Below are positions 26,624 to 39,100 of a stretch of 54,190 nucleotides of DNA, piece after piece; position 1 is the first letter of the stretch; every line of letters begins with the position of its first letter. The DNA comes from a virus (Duplodnaviria; Caudoviricetes): IMG/VR virus record IMGVR_UViG_3300031605_000003, positions 1 through 54,190 of that record, one strand, 5' to 3'. Both the position numbers and the translations under genes were made by a program. The notes under the pieces were generated by a model, which had not been told where the DNA came from, ran no database searches, and was given only the letters and a program-made list of their open reading frames with translations.

Positions 26624-29600
26624 ATGGCCACAACAGAACGACAAAACAGATTATTAGTTTCAGAGGATTGGAGAAAGATCTATCAATCTTTCCAACAAGC
26701 TGACTTTAAATCCTACGATTTTGAAACACTTCGTAGAACAATGGTCGCATATCTACGAGAAAACTATCCAGATGATTTTAACGACTTTGTAGAAAGCTCA
26801 GAGTATGTAGCACTTATTGATTTAATTGCCTATATTGCTCAGGCGCTATCGTTTAGAGTAGACTTAAACGCAAGAGAAAATTTTTTAGAAACAGCATCAA
26901 GAAGAAATTCTGTATTAACACTAGCAAGATTAATTAATTATAATGCAAAAAGAAATCAACCAGCAACCGGTTTACTTAAATTTGATACTATTTCAACAAC
27001 ACAAGATGTAAAAGATTCATCAGGAACAAATTTAGCTAACTCAACAGTAGTATGGAACGATTCAGCTAACTCGAATTATAGAGAACAATTTACAGCAATA
27101 TTAAATGCCGCTAATGTTTCTGGACAACTTTTTGGAAAACCAAGAGAGGCGTCAGCAATTGGCGGAATTACAACACAGGTTTATACGTTAAGTTCAACCC
27201 AATTAGACTTACCAATTTATGGTTTTAGAAAAACTATAGGTGGCATTAATAGAAAATTTGAAGTAGTATCATCATCGATTTCAGGCTCCGAGTCTATATA
27301 TGAATCAGATCCAATTGAAGGGTCAGGATTTACTTACACATACAGAACAGACGGGTCTGGTGATTCTTCAAACAACACAGGATTTTTCTTTTTATTCAAA
27401 CAAGGATTAATGCAAAAATCTGACTTTACAATAAATCAAAGTACAACAAATCATATTGAATCACTTTCTACTGCAAACATTAATAATAATGATATTTGGT
27501 TATATAAATTAGATCAGTTTGGACAACTTTCTCAAAGATGGAAACAAGTTCCATCGTTAGCTGGAAACAATGCAATATATAATTCATTGTCAAAAAGCGA
27601 AAGAAATATTTACAATGTAGTAACAAAAAATAACGACACAGTTGATCTTGTGTTTGGCGATGGAAACTTCTCAACTATACCTTTAGGATCATTTAGAACA
27701 TATTTTAGAACAAGCGATAATGCCAAGTATGCAATACAACCTAGCGAAATGCAAAATATTTTAATAGCAGTACCATATATGGATCTTAATGGAGGAAATC
27801 AAACTCTTACAATAGGTGTTAGTTTAAAAGCTAGTGTCTACAATGCAACAGCAACAGAATCAAATGCATCTATTAGAGAAAAAGCACCACAAGTTTATTA
27901 TACTCAAAATAGAATGATAACAGCAGAAGATTATCAAGTTATGCCGCTATCAGCTTCCCAAGAAATTATTAAAGTTAGATCAGTTAATAGATCAGCATCT
28001 GGTATAAGCAGAGCTAAAGAAATTTTAGATCCAACAGGAGCATATTCAAATGTATCTGTATTTGCAGATGACGGAATACTTTACAGAGAAGAAAAAACAA
28101 ATACTTTTACATTTACATTTACAAATAAAAATACAATTTTAAATACAATAAATTCATCTTTAGAAGCAAAATTAAAAAATGCATATTCAAGACAATTTTA
28201 TTACTTAAAATATAATACAAAAGATTTAAGTTCTTTAGTAGCAACATGGGTGTCAACAACAACAGGAACCAACACAAATACAGGATATTTTAAAGGAGTA
28301 GGACCTTTAGTAACAGGAGAGTTTGCTACATCTAATTTAAAATATGCTAAAAAAGGGGCACTTGTAAAATTTACATCTCCAGATACAAGAGAATTTTTAA
28401 ACAACAGTTTAGTAACTGCCGGATCCGATAATGCAGAAGATAGAGTGTGGGCAAAAATTGGTGCAGTTGCAGGTGATGGTGCTAACAGCGGAATAGGCAA
28501 TTTAGAGTCAGGAGTAGGACCAGTTACAATTAATAATATTATTCCAAACGGATCAGTAATATCTGCTTTATTCCCTTCATTTTCTACATCATTTAGTAAT
28601 ACAATTAAAAATGAATTAATTGAAAAAATTGACGCATATGAAACACTAGGAATAAGATACGACTTTGAGAACGAAATATGGAAAGTAATAACGTCAACAA
28701 ATGTATCTCCAAGTTCGGTTTTTAGTTTATCAAATGCAGGTTCAACTGCAGGTACAAACTTAGATGCAAGTTGGTGGTTCAAACTTACAAACGACGGTAA
28801 CACATACACAGTTACATATAGATCTTTAGATTATGTTTTTGAATCAGCAGGACAAAATAAATTTCATTATGATGCACAAGAAAAAATATATGATTATAAA
28901 ACAGGTAAAAGTGTAAAAGATACGGTAAGACTATTAAAAACAAATGCAGTAGTATCAACAGGTAATTCAGTTGGCTATTCAATTAATTGGCAAGTAGTAG
29001 ATACTGTTACAGAAGCAGACGGATTCCAAGACAATAGAAAAGTTAAAGTTGGATTTTATGACGATGACGATGATGGAGTTGTTGATAATCCAGAAATATA
29101 TGATATTATAGTTGAACCAGATACAGCACCAACAAGTAAATTTGTATTTTTCCAACAATATATTTCATATGATAACATTAAAAGATTTAAACCATATGCC
29201 GCAACAAATTTTATTGTAGCAGAAAAAGAAGCAGACATAACATTGTCTAGCATATATTCAGAAGGTCAATTATTTTATTTTTATGATTTAGCTGAAGATG
29301 TTATTAAAAAATATAACTCAACAACAAATACAATAACAACTACAACTGATTATTATGCTAGAAGAGGAAGAGCGTCTTTATCTTTCCAATATAAACATAA
29401 TGCAGGACAAGAAACTAGAATAGACCCGGCTGTATCAAATATTATAGATGTTTATATGTTAGAAAGAACGTATGATAATTTATATAGAATTTGGTTGCAA
29501 GACGGCGGAAGTAAACCAATATTAAGCACATCGGATCAGTTAAGAATTTCGTATGCCGGTACGCTTAATCCATTAAAATCATTATCAGATCAAATAATAT

Positions 29601-30103
29601 ATCATCCTGTAAAATATAAAATATTATTTGGTACAAATGCAGACGAAGAATTACAAGCAACATTTAAAGTTGTAAAAAACCCAGGAACCAATGTAACAAA
29701 TGCAGTTGTCCAGACAAGAACGATTGCGGCAATTAACGAATTTTTTGCATTGAATAATTGGGATTTTGGCGATACTTTTTATTTTACAGAATTAGCCGCT
29801 TACATACACAACAAACTAGCACCAGACTTACTAACAGTAGTAATAGTTCCAAATCAAGCTGGACAAGTTTTTGGTTCGTTATTTCAAGTTGCGTGTGCGG
29901 CAGACGAAATTTTTATCAGTGGGGCCACCGTTGATGATGTTACGATTATAAGTGCTTTAGGAGCCAATCAATTATTGGCATCGGGCACAGTAGTGACGTC
30001 AACTTCCACAAAAACTACAACAACATCATCTTCAGCAGTATCTGGCACCACTACAACATCTGGATCAGGATCATCCACAGGCAGTAGTGGAGCAGGATAC
30101 TAA
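26624..30103 (+). CDS. gp6: Baseplate wedge subunit gp6-like
   Basis: YDFETLR, ENFLETA.RR.SV..LA..INY, LVFGDG, QNRMITAEDY. Confidence 0.9.
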   Translation: MATTERQNRLLVSEDWRKIYQSFQQADFKSYDFETLRRTMVAYLRENYPDDFNDFVESSEYVALIDLIAYIAQALSFRVDLNARENFLETASRRNSVLTLARLINYNAKRNQPATGLLKFDTISTTQDVKDSSGTNLANSTVVWNDSANSNYREQFTAILNAANVSGQLFGKPREASAIGGITTQVYTLSSTQLDLPIYGFRKTIGGINRKFEVVSSSISGSESIYESDPIEGSGFTYTYRTDGSGDSSNNTGFFFLFKQGLMQKSDFTINQSTTNHIESLSTANINNNDIWLYKLDQFGQLSQRWKQVPSLAGNNAIYNSLSKSERNIYNVVTKNNDTVDLVFGDGNFSTIPLGSFRTYFRTSDNAKYAIQPSEMQNILIAVPYMDLNGGNQTLTIGVSLKASVYNATATESNASIREKAPQVYYTQNRMITAEDYQVMPLSASQEIIKVRSVNRSASGISRAKEILDPTGAYSNVSVFADDGILYREEKTNTFTFTFTNKNTILNTINSSLEAKLKNAYSRQFYYLKYNTKDLSSLVATWVSTTTGTNTNTGYFKGVGPLVTGEFATSNLKYAKKGALVKFTSPDTREFLNNSLVTAGSDNAEDRVWAKIGAVAGDGANSGIGNLESGVGPVTINNIIPNGSVISALFPSFSTSFSNTIKNELIEKIDAYETLGIRYDFENEIWKVITSTNVSPSSVFSLSNAGSTAGTNLDASWWFKLTNDGNTYTVTYRSLDYVFESAGQNKFHYDAQEKIYDYKTGKSVKDTVRLLKTNAVVSTGNSVGYSINWQVVDTVTEADGFQDNRKVKVGFYDDDDDGVVDNPEIYDIIVEPDTAPTSKFVFFQQYISYDNIKRFKPYAATNFIVAEKEADITLSSIYSEGQLFYFYDLAEDVIKKYNSTTNTITTTTDYYARRGRASLSFQYKHNAGQETRIDPAVSNIIDVYMLERTYDNLYRIWLQDGGSKPILSTSDQLRISYAGTLNPLKSLSDQIIYHPVKYKILFGTNADEELQATFKVVKNPGTNVTNAVVQTRTIAAINEFFALNNWDFGDTFYFTELAAYIHNKLAPDLLTVVIVPNQAGQVFGSLFQVACAADEIFISGATVDDVTIISALGANQLLASGTVVTSTSTKTTTTSSSAVSGTTTTSGSGSSTGSSGAGY

Positions 30104-33100
30104 TGGCAGATACTCCAATTAATTCACGTTCAGATCAAGAAGTAGTCGTTCAAAACGGTGTAGAGTTAAGAAGAACTATTGCTCATCTTCCTGCATTTTA
30201 TAGAACAGACGCTAATACAAGATTTTTATCTAGTACACTCGATCCACTTATTCAAAAAGGTGCATTAGAAAGATTAGATGGATATATTGGTAAACAAGAT
30301 GCTTACACAAGAAAACTAACTGATACATATGTTTCTGCTACTAATAGAGATAGGATGTCATATCAATTAGAGCCAACAGTAACGTACACAGACAAAGATA
30401 CAACATCAATTAATCCAGAAGACCAAGTACAATTTACTGGAACGTATGATGACTACATAAATCAAATAAAATATTTTGGCGGTAACATAGAGAACCATGA
30501 CAGATTAAACAAAGAAAATGTATATGCGTGGAACCCAGCAATTGACTTAGATAAGTTAGTTAATTACAGAGAATACTTTTGGATGCCAGAAGGTCCAAAT
30601 GCTATAACAATAGATTCAGTAGGACCATCCGCGGCAATAGAAATTGATGTAACAGCATGGCCAAATGATGGTAGCACAACAAAAGCATGGAAGTTTGGAA
30701 CAAAAGCATCAGAAACAAACCCTCAAATAAAATTATATAAAGGCAACACTTATAAATTTAAAGTAGACGCTTTAGGGCATCCATTCCACTTAATGACAGA
30801 ACCATATAAAGATGGATCTTCAAATCTTTTTTATACAACAGGAGTAACAAATGCAGGAACAGACAAAGGCACAGTTACTTTTACAGTACCAACAGATGCA
30901 CCAAATGTACTTTATTATCAGTGTGGCAATCATGATAGTATGTATGGAATCTTTACTCTTGATACAGTAAGCTCAACAACAAAAATTAATGTTGCTGACA
31001 ATATTTTAGGGACAAGAAATTATGCATTAAGAACATTAAATTTATCAAATGGAATGAAAATTAAATTTGAAGCAAATGTTACAGATAGCACATATGCAGG
31101 CAACGAATATTATGTTGAAGGAGTAGGAGATTCTATTACATTAACAAACATAGAAAGTTTAATGACACCGGAATCATATGCTACTGAAACAACTATTTTA
31201 TATGGCAGTACTGCTTACGATTCTAGACCATATGCAAAAGCATTTTATCGTCCGGAAACAAAAGATTACATTACAATTAAAAGAGATTCAAGGGATCAAA
31301 ATGCTTGGTCAAGATATAATAGATGGTTTCACAAATCTGTAATTAATGCAACAGCTAAAGCAAACGGATTTACACCAACGTTAATAGAATCAGATAGAGC
31401 TAAAAGACCAATTATAGAATTTGATTCGGGATTAGCATTGTACGATCACGGAACAGTTGCTAAAACATCTGTAACATTATTTGATACAACAACAACTGAT
31501 GCATTTTCAACAGTAGTAAAACAAACAGGTTACATTGTAGATGGAATAACAATAGCAAACGGAATGCGAGTAGTATTTTCTGCAGACACTGATACGCTTG
31601 TAAAAAATAAAATTTATGTAGTTAACTTTGTACAAGCAGGAGATTCAACGTCGGTAATCAATCTTACTGAAGCCACTGATTCTGTACCTGCAGATAATGA
31701 ATCTATTTTTATAGAATTTGGAACAAAAAATCAAGGTAAAACTTATTACTATAATAAAGCAACAACTACATGGAATTCAGGACAAACAAAAATTAAAATA
31801 AACCAAACACCGTTGTTTGGAATGTGGGATAACGATCATATCTCATTTGACGATGCAACAGCATATCCAAATTCTTCATTTAAAGGTGCAAAAGTTTTTG
31901 AATATAAAATATCTAACACAGCAACAACAGATACAGTTTTAGGATTAAAAGTAAAATACAACACAATTAATAATGTAGGAGATCTTGTTTTTGATTCGGA
32001 TCATACAGCAGGATCATTTACATATAGAATAGGTAACGCTACAAACACAAAAAAACTTTCCGAAGGTCATTTGCATTATACTACGAGCTTAACAACACAT
32101 AATTCAAAAGGTGCTTGGGTTAAAAGACTTGTTGAGAGTAAACAACGAGTAATTAGAACAGTTGTAGTAGATGATTCAGAAAAACAATTATTTCCAATAG
32201 ATTTTTATAAAGACTCTGTTTCTCTTACAGATTTAGAAGTCTCTGTAAGTGTTAATGGTATAAGAAAAAATTTAACAACAGATTATACTTTAGTTGATGG
32301 AACAGTAAACAAATATGTTAAATTTGTAAAAGAGTTAACGGTAGGCGATCAACTCAAGCTAGAAGGATATTCAAAAGTAAAAAAAATTGTAGGAAAAGGG
32401 ATTTATGAAGTTCCAGAAAATTTATCAGTCAATCCATTAAACGTACACCTAGGTACATTTACATACGGACAAGTACTAGGACACGTAAAAAATATTTTTA
32501 GCAAGAATACAAATCTTACAGGAAGTATGCCAGGAGAATCATCACTCAGGGATAATCCAGATGCCGATTTAATAGGCGGGTTAATACTTCAACACGAAGG
32601 AACATTATTACCTGCTGTGTTTGGGTTAATAGATCAAGAATCAAATGTATTAATGGCAATAGATTATTGTAATCATGAATATGAAAAATTTTATAATGCA
32701 TTTTTAACACACGGAACCGGTACAGCATATGAAGGCCTTGTTGCAGACAGAGTAGATGAGATAATAACAAAAATTAATCAAGGAAAAACTGTAACGTCCC
32801 CATTCTTTTATGAAGACATGATAGGAGTTGGAGAAAATTATTCTTTAAGAACATACACAGTACCTGATCCATCTGAAACAGAATACGCAATTGATTCATT
32901 ACATATAATGACAACAACAAATAATAGAGCAGTGTACGTTTATAAAAATGATGTACAGTTAATATTAGGTACAGATTATACAGTTAGCACAACAGACGAT
33001 AGTGTTAACATACTATCTACACTTGTTACAGGTGATATTATTAAAATTAGAGATTACAGCGATACAACCGGAAGTTACGTTCCTCCAACACCATCTAAAT

Positions 33101-36100
33101 TAGGATTGTATCCAGCATTTAAACCAGAGTCATTTACTGATGACACATATGTTACAAACATTACAGCAATTAGAAGACACGACGGTTCTATTATTAAAGC
33201 ATACGGAGATGAGAGAGATGAGTTAATAATTGAACTTGAAAAAAGAATTTACAATAATATCAAAACATCTTATGATTCTACTTTATTAGATATAGGTGAT
33301 GTTATTCCATCAGGATTTACAGCAACAGAATATACTTTAGATGAAACAAATAAAATTTTAGGGCCAGACTTTTATGTATGGGCCGGTAGAAATGGTGTGC
33401 AATATATTAATAATACAACGTTTAAAGACGGCTCACCATTTACATACAATTACTCAGCATCAACAGATCGAATAAGCAGTGCTAGTTTACCAGGACATTG
33501 GAGAGGCATATACAATTATTTTTATGATACAGACAGTCCACATATAAGACCATGGGAGATGTTAGGACATTCAGTAAAACCAAGTACTTGGGAAAGTACA
33601 TACGGAACAGCACCATACACTTCAGGTAATACAGTATTATGGGAGGCTGTGGCAGTACAACCAGGTAGATACGGCAAACCAAATATTACATCATATATTC
33701 CTGTTGACGCTTCGGGAAATTTATTAGATCCATTAGCGGCCAGACTTGTAGAAAATTTTGACATACCGGGTAGAAATAGAGCATGGAAGTTTGGTGACCA
33801 AGGACCAGCAGAAACAGCCTGGAGAAAATCATCGTCATATCCGTTTACTGTTATAAAAATGTTAGCAGTTACAAAACCAGCAAAATTCTTTAATTTATTT
33901 TTTGATAACAGTAGATTAACTAAAAATGCTTCAAACAACCTTATTAGTACAGACACACTTATAAGACAAAATTTAAGCACAGCAAAATATCATTTAGAAA
34001 CTTCAACAGATTCACAAACTGGAGTTGTAACAAGATATACAACAGCAGGATATCAACCATTTGTAGTAAATTATTTGTCATCAAAAACACTTGATCCTAA
34101 TGTATTCTTTTATACTAAAATGAAAGGATTAAATGTACAGTTAGCATACAAACTTGGCGGGTTTACTGATAAAAATAATTTAAAAGTTTTAACAGATTCG
34201 GTATCACCAGGGTCAGCATCAGGTTCTAAATTTATTCCAGATGAAAATTATAAAATTTTATTTAGAACATCAAATCCTGTAAACAGTTTACACTATTCGG
34301 GTGTTTTAATTGAGAAGAATACCGATTTATCAGTTGATGGATCTACATTAACTGGTGGATATAAAGTATTAGGGTATTCAACTACTAAACCGTTTTTTAA
34401 TTTTTATTGGCCTGTAAAAAATATAACAAGTGAAAAAATTTCTGTAGCAGGTGCAGAAGCATTAACTTATTCAAATTATGACAAAGCAGTACAAACTATA
34501 CCATATGGTCATGTCTTTGATACACGCCAAGAAGTTGTAGATTTTTTAATGGGATACGGAAAATGGCTAGGAACACAAGGATTTATTTTTGATAAGTTTT
34601 CAAATGAATTAAAAGAAGTATTAACTTGGAAAACATCAGTTAGTGAGTTTTTATTTTGGACAACGCAAGAATGGACAGCAGGCTCGGCAATTACAGTATC
34701 GCCAGGAGCAGAAGGATTTCAGTTAGATACAGAAAATTCAATTGTAGGAAAATTAAAAAATTTAGCAGGTGATTATTCTTTATTAGATGCAGGTGGAAGA
34801 AAAATTAATATTAAGGACATTAGTACTAAAAGATTAGGAAAAACATTTGATATTACTATTAACGATCCTGCAACAGGACTTTATAATGTAGCATTAAACA
34901 CAGTCCAAAAAGAACACATTTTATTATTTGATAACAAGACAGTGTTTTCGGATATTATATATGAGCCATATACAGGATATCGTCAAGCAAGATTAAAATT
35001 AGTTGGATGGAAAACAAGTAACTGGAATGGTGATTATTATGCTCCAGGATTTATGTTTGATACTGCACAGGTTACATATTGGGTAAAAAATACGGATTAT
35101 AAAATAGGTGACACAATAGAGTATCAAGGAAAATTTTATGTTTCAAAAGTAAATCATAATTCTTCTACAACGTTTATAAACGAAAGTTGGATGCAAAAAG
35201 ATGAAAAACCAGCACCACAATTAATACCAAACTTTGATTATAAAATTTCACGTTTTAATGATTTTTATAGTTTAGAATCAAATAATTTTGATGAATCACA
35301 GCAAAGCCTAGCACAGCATTTAATTGGTTATCAATCTAGAGATTATTTAGAAAATCTTTTTGTTAATGATATTTCACAATATAAATTTTATCAAGGATAT
35401 ATTCAAGAAAAAGGTACTCAAAATGCTATTGATAAATTATTAAAAGCAAAATACGAAGAACAAGATATTTCTTTAGATTTATATCCAGAATGGATGATTC
35501 GTACAGCTGACTTTGGAAACACAGATTCAAAAGAAAGCATTCAAATTACATTAGACGATGATACCTATACAGCAAATTCACAAAGTATTGAATTGTATGA
35601 TACTTCTAATGAATCACAACAATATGCTAGATCAGTTTATGTTGATAAAAATATTTTATATACTAAACCTGTAGAATATACAGCAAGTACAACGTTTTCA
35701 AGATACAATTATACTACAACAGGCATAGACAGAGATTTTGTGCAAGTTTACAAGACAGCAGGATATCCACAACTAACGCAAGTTCAACATACTGCATATG
35801 ATATAACAGACCTTTTAAATTTAGATGTTAATTCTGTAACAGCAAACGATTTAATATGGGTTGCAAATAAATCTAATTTAGATTGGGACGTATTCCGTTT
35901 AACAACTGTAGACTATAAAATTGCATATATGAAAGCAATTAATAGTAAAACGCAGTTAGAAATTACATTTACTAATTCTCATGGATTAACAGCCGGAAGT
36001 ACAACATCATTACCTGATTATTTTGCAATAGCAAGTTCTCAATCAACTGAATTAAATTCGGTTTATCTTGTACAATCTGTACCAAGCCATAAAACAGTAG

Positions 36101-39100
36101 TCATAGATTACACAGGCTCAACAGCATTCATGCCAACATTAGAAGATGGCTCAACAGCAGATTCGTTTGGCAATGTTTATAAATTTACATCTGTAAGAAT
36201 ATCATCAATGAATAATGTTAATGATATGTTATCTTACAGCGATTATAATGATTTAAATGATAGTATATTAAAAGAAGGCGACAAAGTTTTTGCAGATGCA
36301 GATGCATCTGGGTTATGGAGAGTTTATGAAAAACAAGATCCAAATACACAAATTAAAATGTTGTCACCATCAATGGTAGCAGATCAAGGATTTGGTTACA
36401 GCGTAGTTGCAAGGAACGACGGAAGAACAGTTGTAGTTGCGGCACCATCAACTGGACAAGGTACAATACACTTTTTATTTAGAAGAGAAAGTACAGCAGG
36501 AACATCATTTTTAACTACGGCATCACTTACTACAACTGCTGGTAATGATAATACTGGTAAGTTGGGTTATTCATTATCAATGAGTACAGATGAAAACTTT
36601 GTTGTAGCAGGCGGACCTTATACAAATTCACTTGGATCTGATGGTAGTACAAGATTTAACAATGCTGGTTTAATTAAAATGTTTGTGTGGGATATAACAA
36701 CTTTCAAATACGGAACATTAAGTACAATAACACCACCAACTGATGAAGCAAACCAACATTTTGGCTGGGCACATAAAATTTGCGAACCAACTGTTAGTTC
36801 TCTTAGAGCTACTCCGATAAAATATATGTTTGTATCAGCACCAGGACTTACAACTGATACAGGTAGAGTTTATATGTATGAATGGGGCGTTGGAGCAGAC
36901 GGCTCCACGTATGATACTTGGACACAATGTCTGACAATAGATTCAGCTGTCGCAGGAACAGGCAAAAAATTTGGACAAGCATTAGCTTCTAACGATAATG
37001 GTGATATTCTTGCAGTTAGATCTAAAGCACCAGGACAAGCAGGAATGGTAGAAATATTTGTAAGAACAACACAATCAAGTGATGATAGTACACAACACGC
37101 ATTTACTCTTGCACAAACGTTAACTGGTATATCTAATGACGGTTCTAGTTTGAACAGAGAGTTTGGTCAATCGTTAACGATGAATAAAGACGGAACAATT
37201 TTAATAATTGGTGCACCAGGAGCCGACAAAACAGAACAAGCAGATGCTGGAAAAATATATTATTACAAATGGAATGTAGATGGATCTACAAATACGTATA
37301 CTTTACAGCAAACAATAGAAGCACCTGATACTCAAGTTAATATGAGATTTGGAAGTTCTCTAGATATAAATGATTCAGGAACAAGAATAGTTATAGGTGC
37401 AGAAAAATTTTCAAATAGTAGAGAACATAAATTTGACGCAGGAGAAACAACATTTGATTTACAAGATACTAGATTTGTAGATGAAAATATTGGTTCAGGT
37501 GGTGCTTATACTGCCACTATGTATAATACAGAATTTGTAATTGACGATAGATTAATAACAACAAGTGTATCACCAGGCGACGATTTTGGTAGAGGTATTT
37601 GTATAATAGATCAATCAGTATTAGTTGGAGCTCCGGAAGATGACGGCAATTTGTCAAGCGACGGAAGTTCAATAGTTAGTAACGACGGAACAGTAACTTG
37701 TTTTGATTTAACAACTGATAACACATATGCATGGAAACAAATTGCTTACGAAACTGCATTAATCGATGATAACAAATTAGGACAAGTTTTTGATTTTAAT
37801 AAAGATAGTAAACAAATTTTAAATTACTTTGATTTGTACGATCCAATTAAAGGAAGAATATTAGGAATAGCAGACAGAGAAATTAATATTAAAACTGTTT
37901 ATGATCCAGCGTCATATAATTATGGTGAAAATATAAGAGGAGAGATTGCATGGGCAGAAGACCACATAGGAAAAATATGGTGGGATTTATCTACAGTCAA
38001 ATGGTTATGGTATGAGCAAGGAGATCAAGAATTTAAAATTAATAATTGGGGGAAAGTTTTCCCTGGATCATCTATTGATATCTATGAATGGGTTGAATCA
38101 ACAATGTTACCTAGTGAATGGAATGCCATGTCAACTAGTATTAACGTAGGCACGTCAGCAAATACAACAGGAAGTCCACAACATATAGACGATACACGTT
38201 ATACTGTTAAACAAAAATATAGTTCAGCATTAGACGGTTTTGTAAATTATTATTATTACTGGGTAAAAAATAAACAAACAATGCCAACCAATTCGGTAGT
38301 TATAAGAAAAAATACTGCGGCATTTATAGCAACTATAATTTTAAATCCTCAACATTCTGATATTAGACATTATTCAGTTACTGATAATAACAAACTGTTA
38401 GTATTTGGTGCAAAACAAGATCTTTCTAATGATGAAGTTGTTTTAAACATTGATATAAGAACAAATACATTTGAAGGTGAAGCACATTCCGTTTGGAAGT
38501 TAGCAAGAGAAGGAGATAAAGATTTCCGTCCAGGAACACAAATTGAAACACGTTGGTGGGATTCTTTAATTGGCACAAACAACGCAGGAGATATTGTTCC
38601 AGATTTAAATTTACCTATTAATGTAAAATATGGAAATAGAGTTAGACCAAGACAATCATGGTATGTTAATAGATTTGATGCATTAAAAGAAATAATAGAT
38701 TATGCTAATTCAGTTTTAAAAGGTAATCAACTTACAGGAATTATAAATTTAGATAATTTAAATGCCGCAGAAACAGAACCTACTGCACAAAGTTTAGAGT
38801 GGGATGAAAAAGTTGACACATATGCTGAGCTAACATATATTAATACTAACGATATATCAGGAACAGCAAATTATCTTGTACAAGCAGACGAAACAGTTAA
38901 TGGCTTTTGGGCAATATATAAATGGAACGGAACAAACTGGGCTAGAACAAAAGTACAAACGTATAACACAGCAAATTATTGGTCATACATTAATTGGTAT
39001 AAAGACGGATATAATGAAAATACACAAATAGACAAACAAGTAACATATCAATATGAATTAGATACTTTAGAGTTAGGAGTAGGAAAAATTGTAAAAGTTA

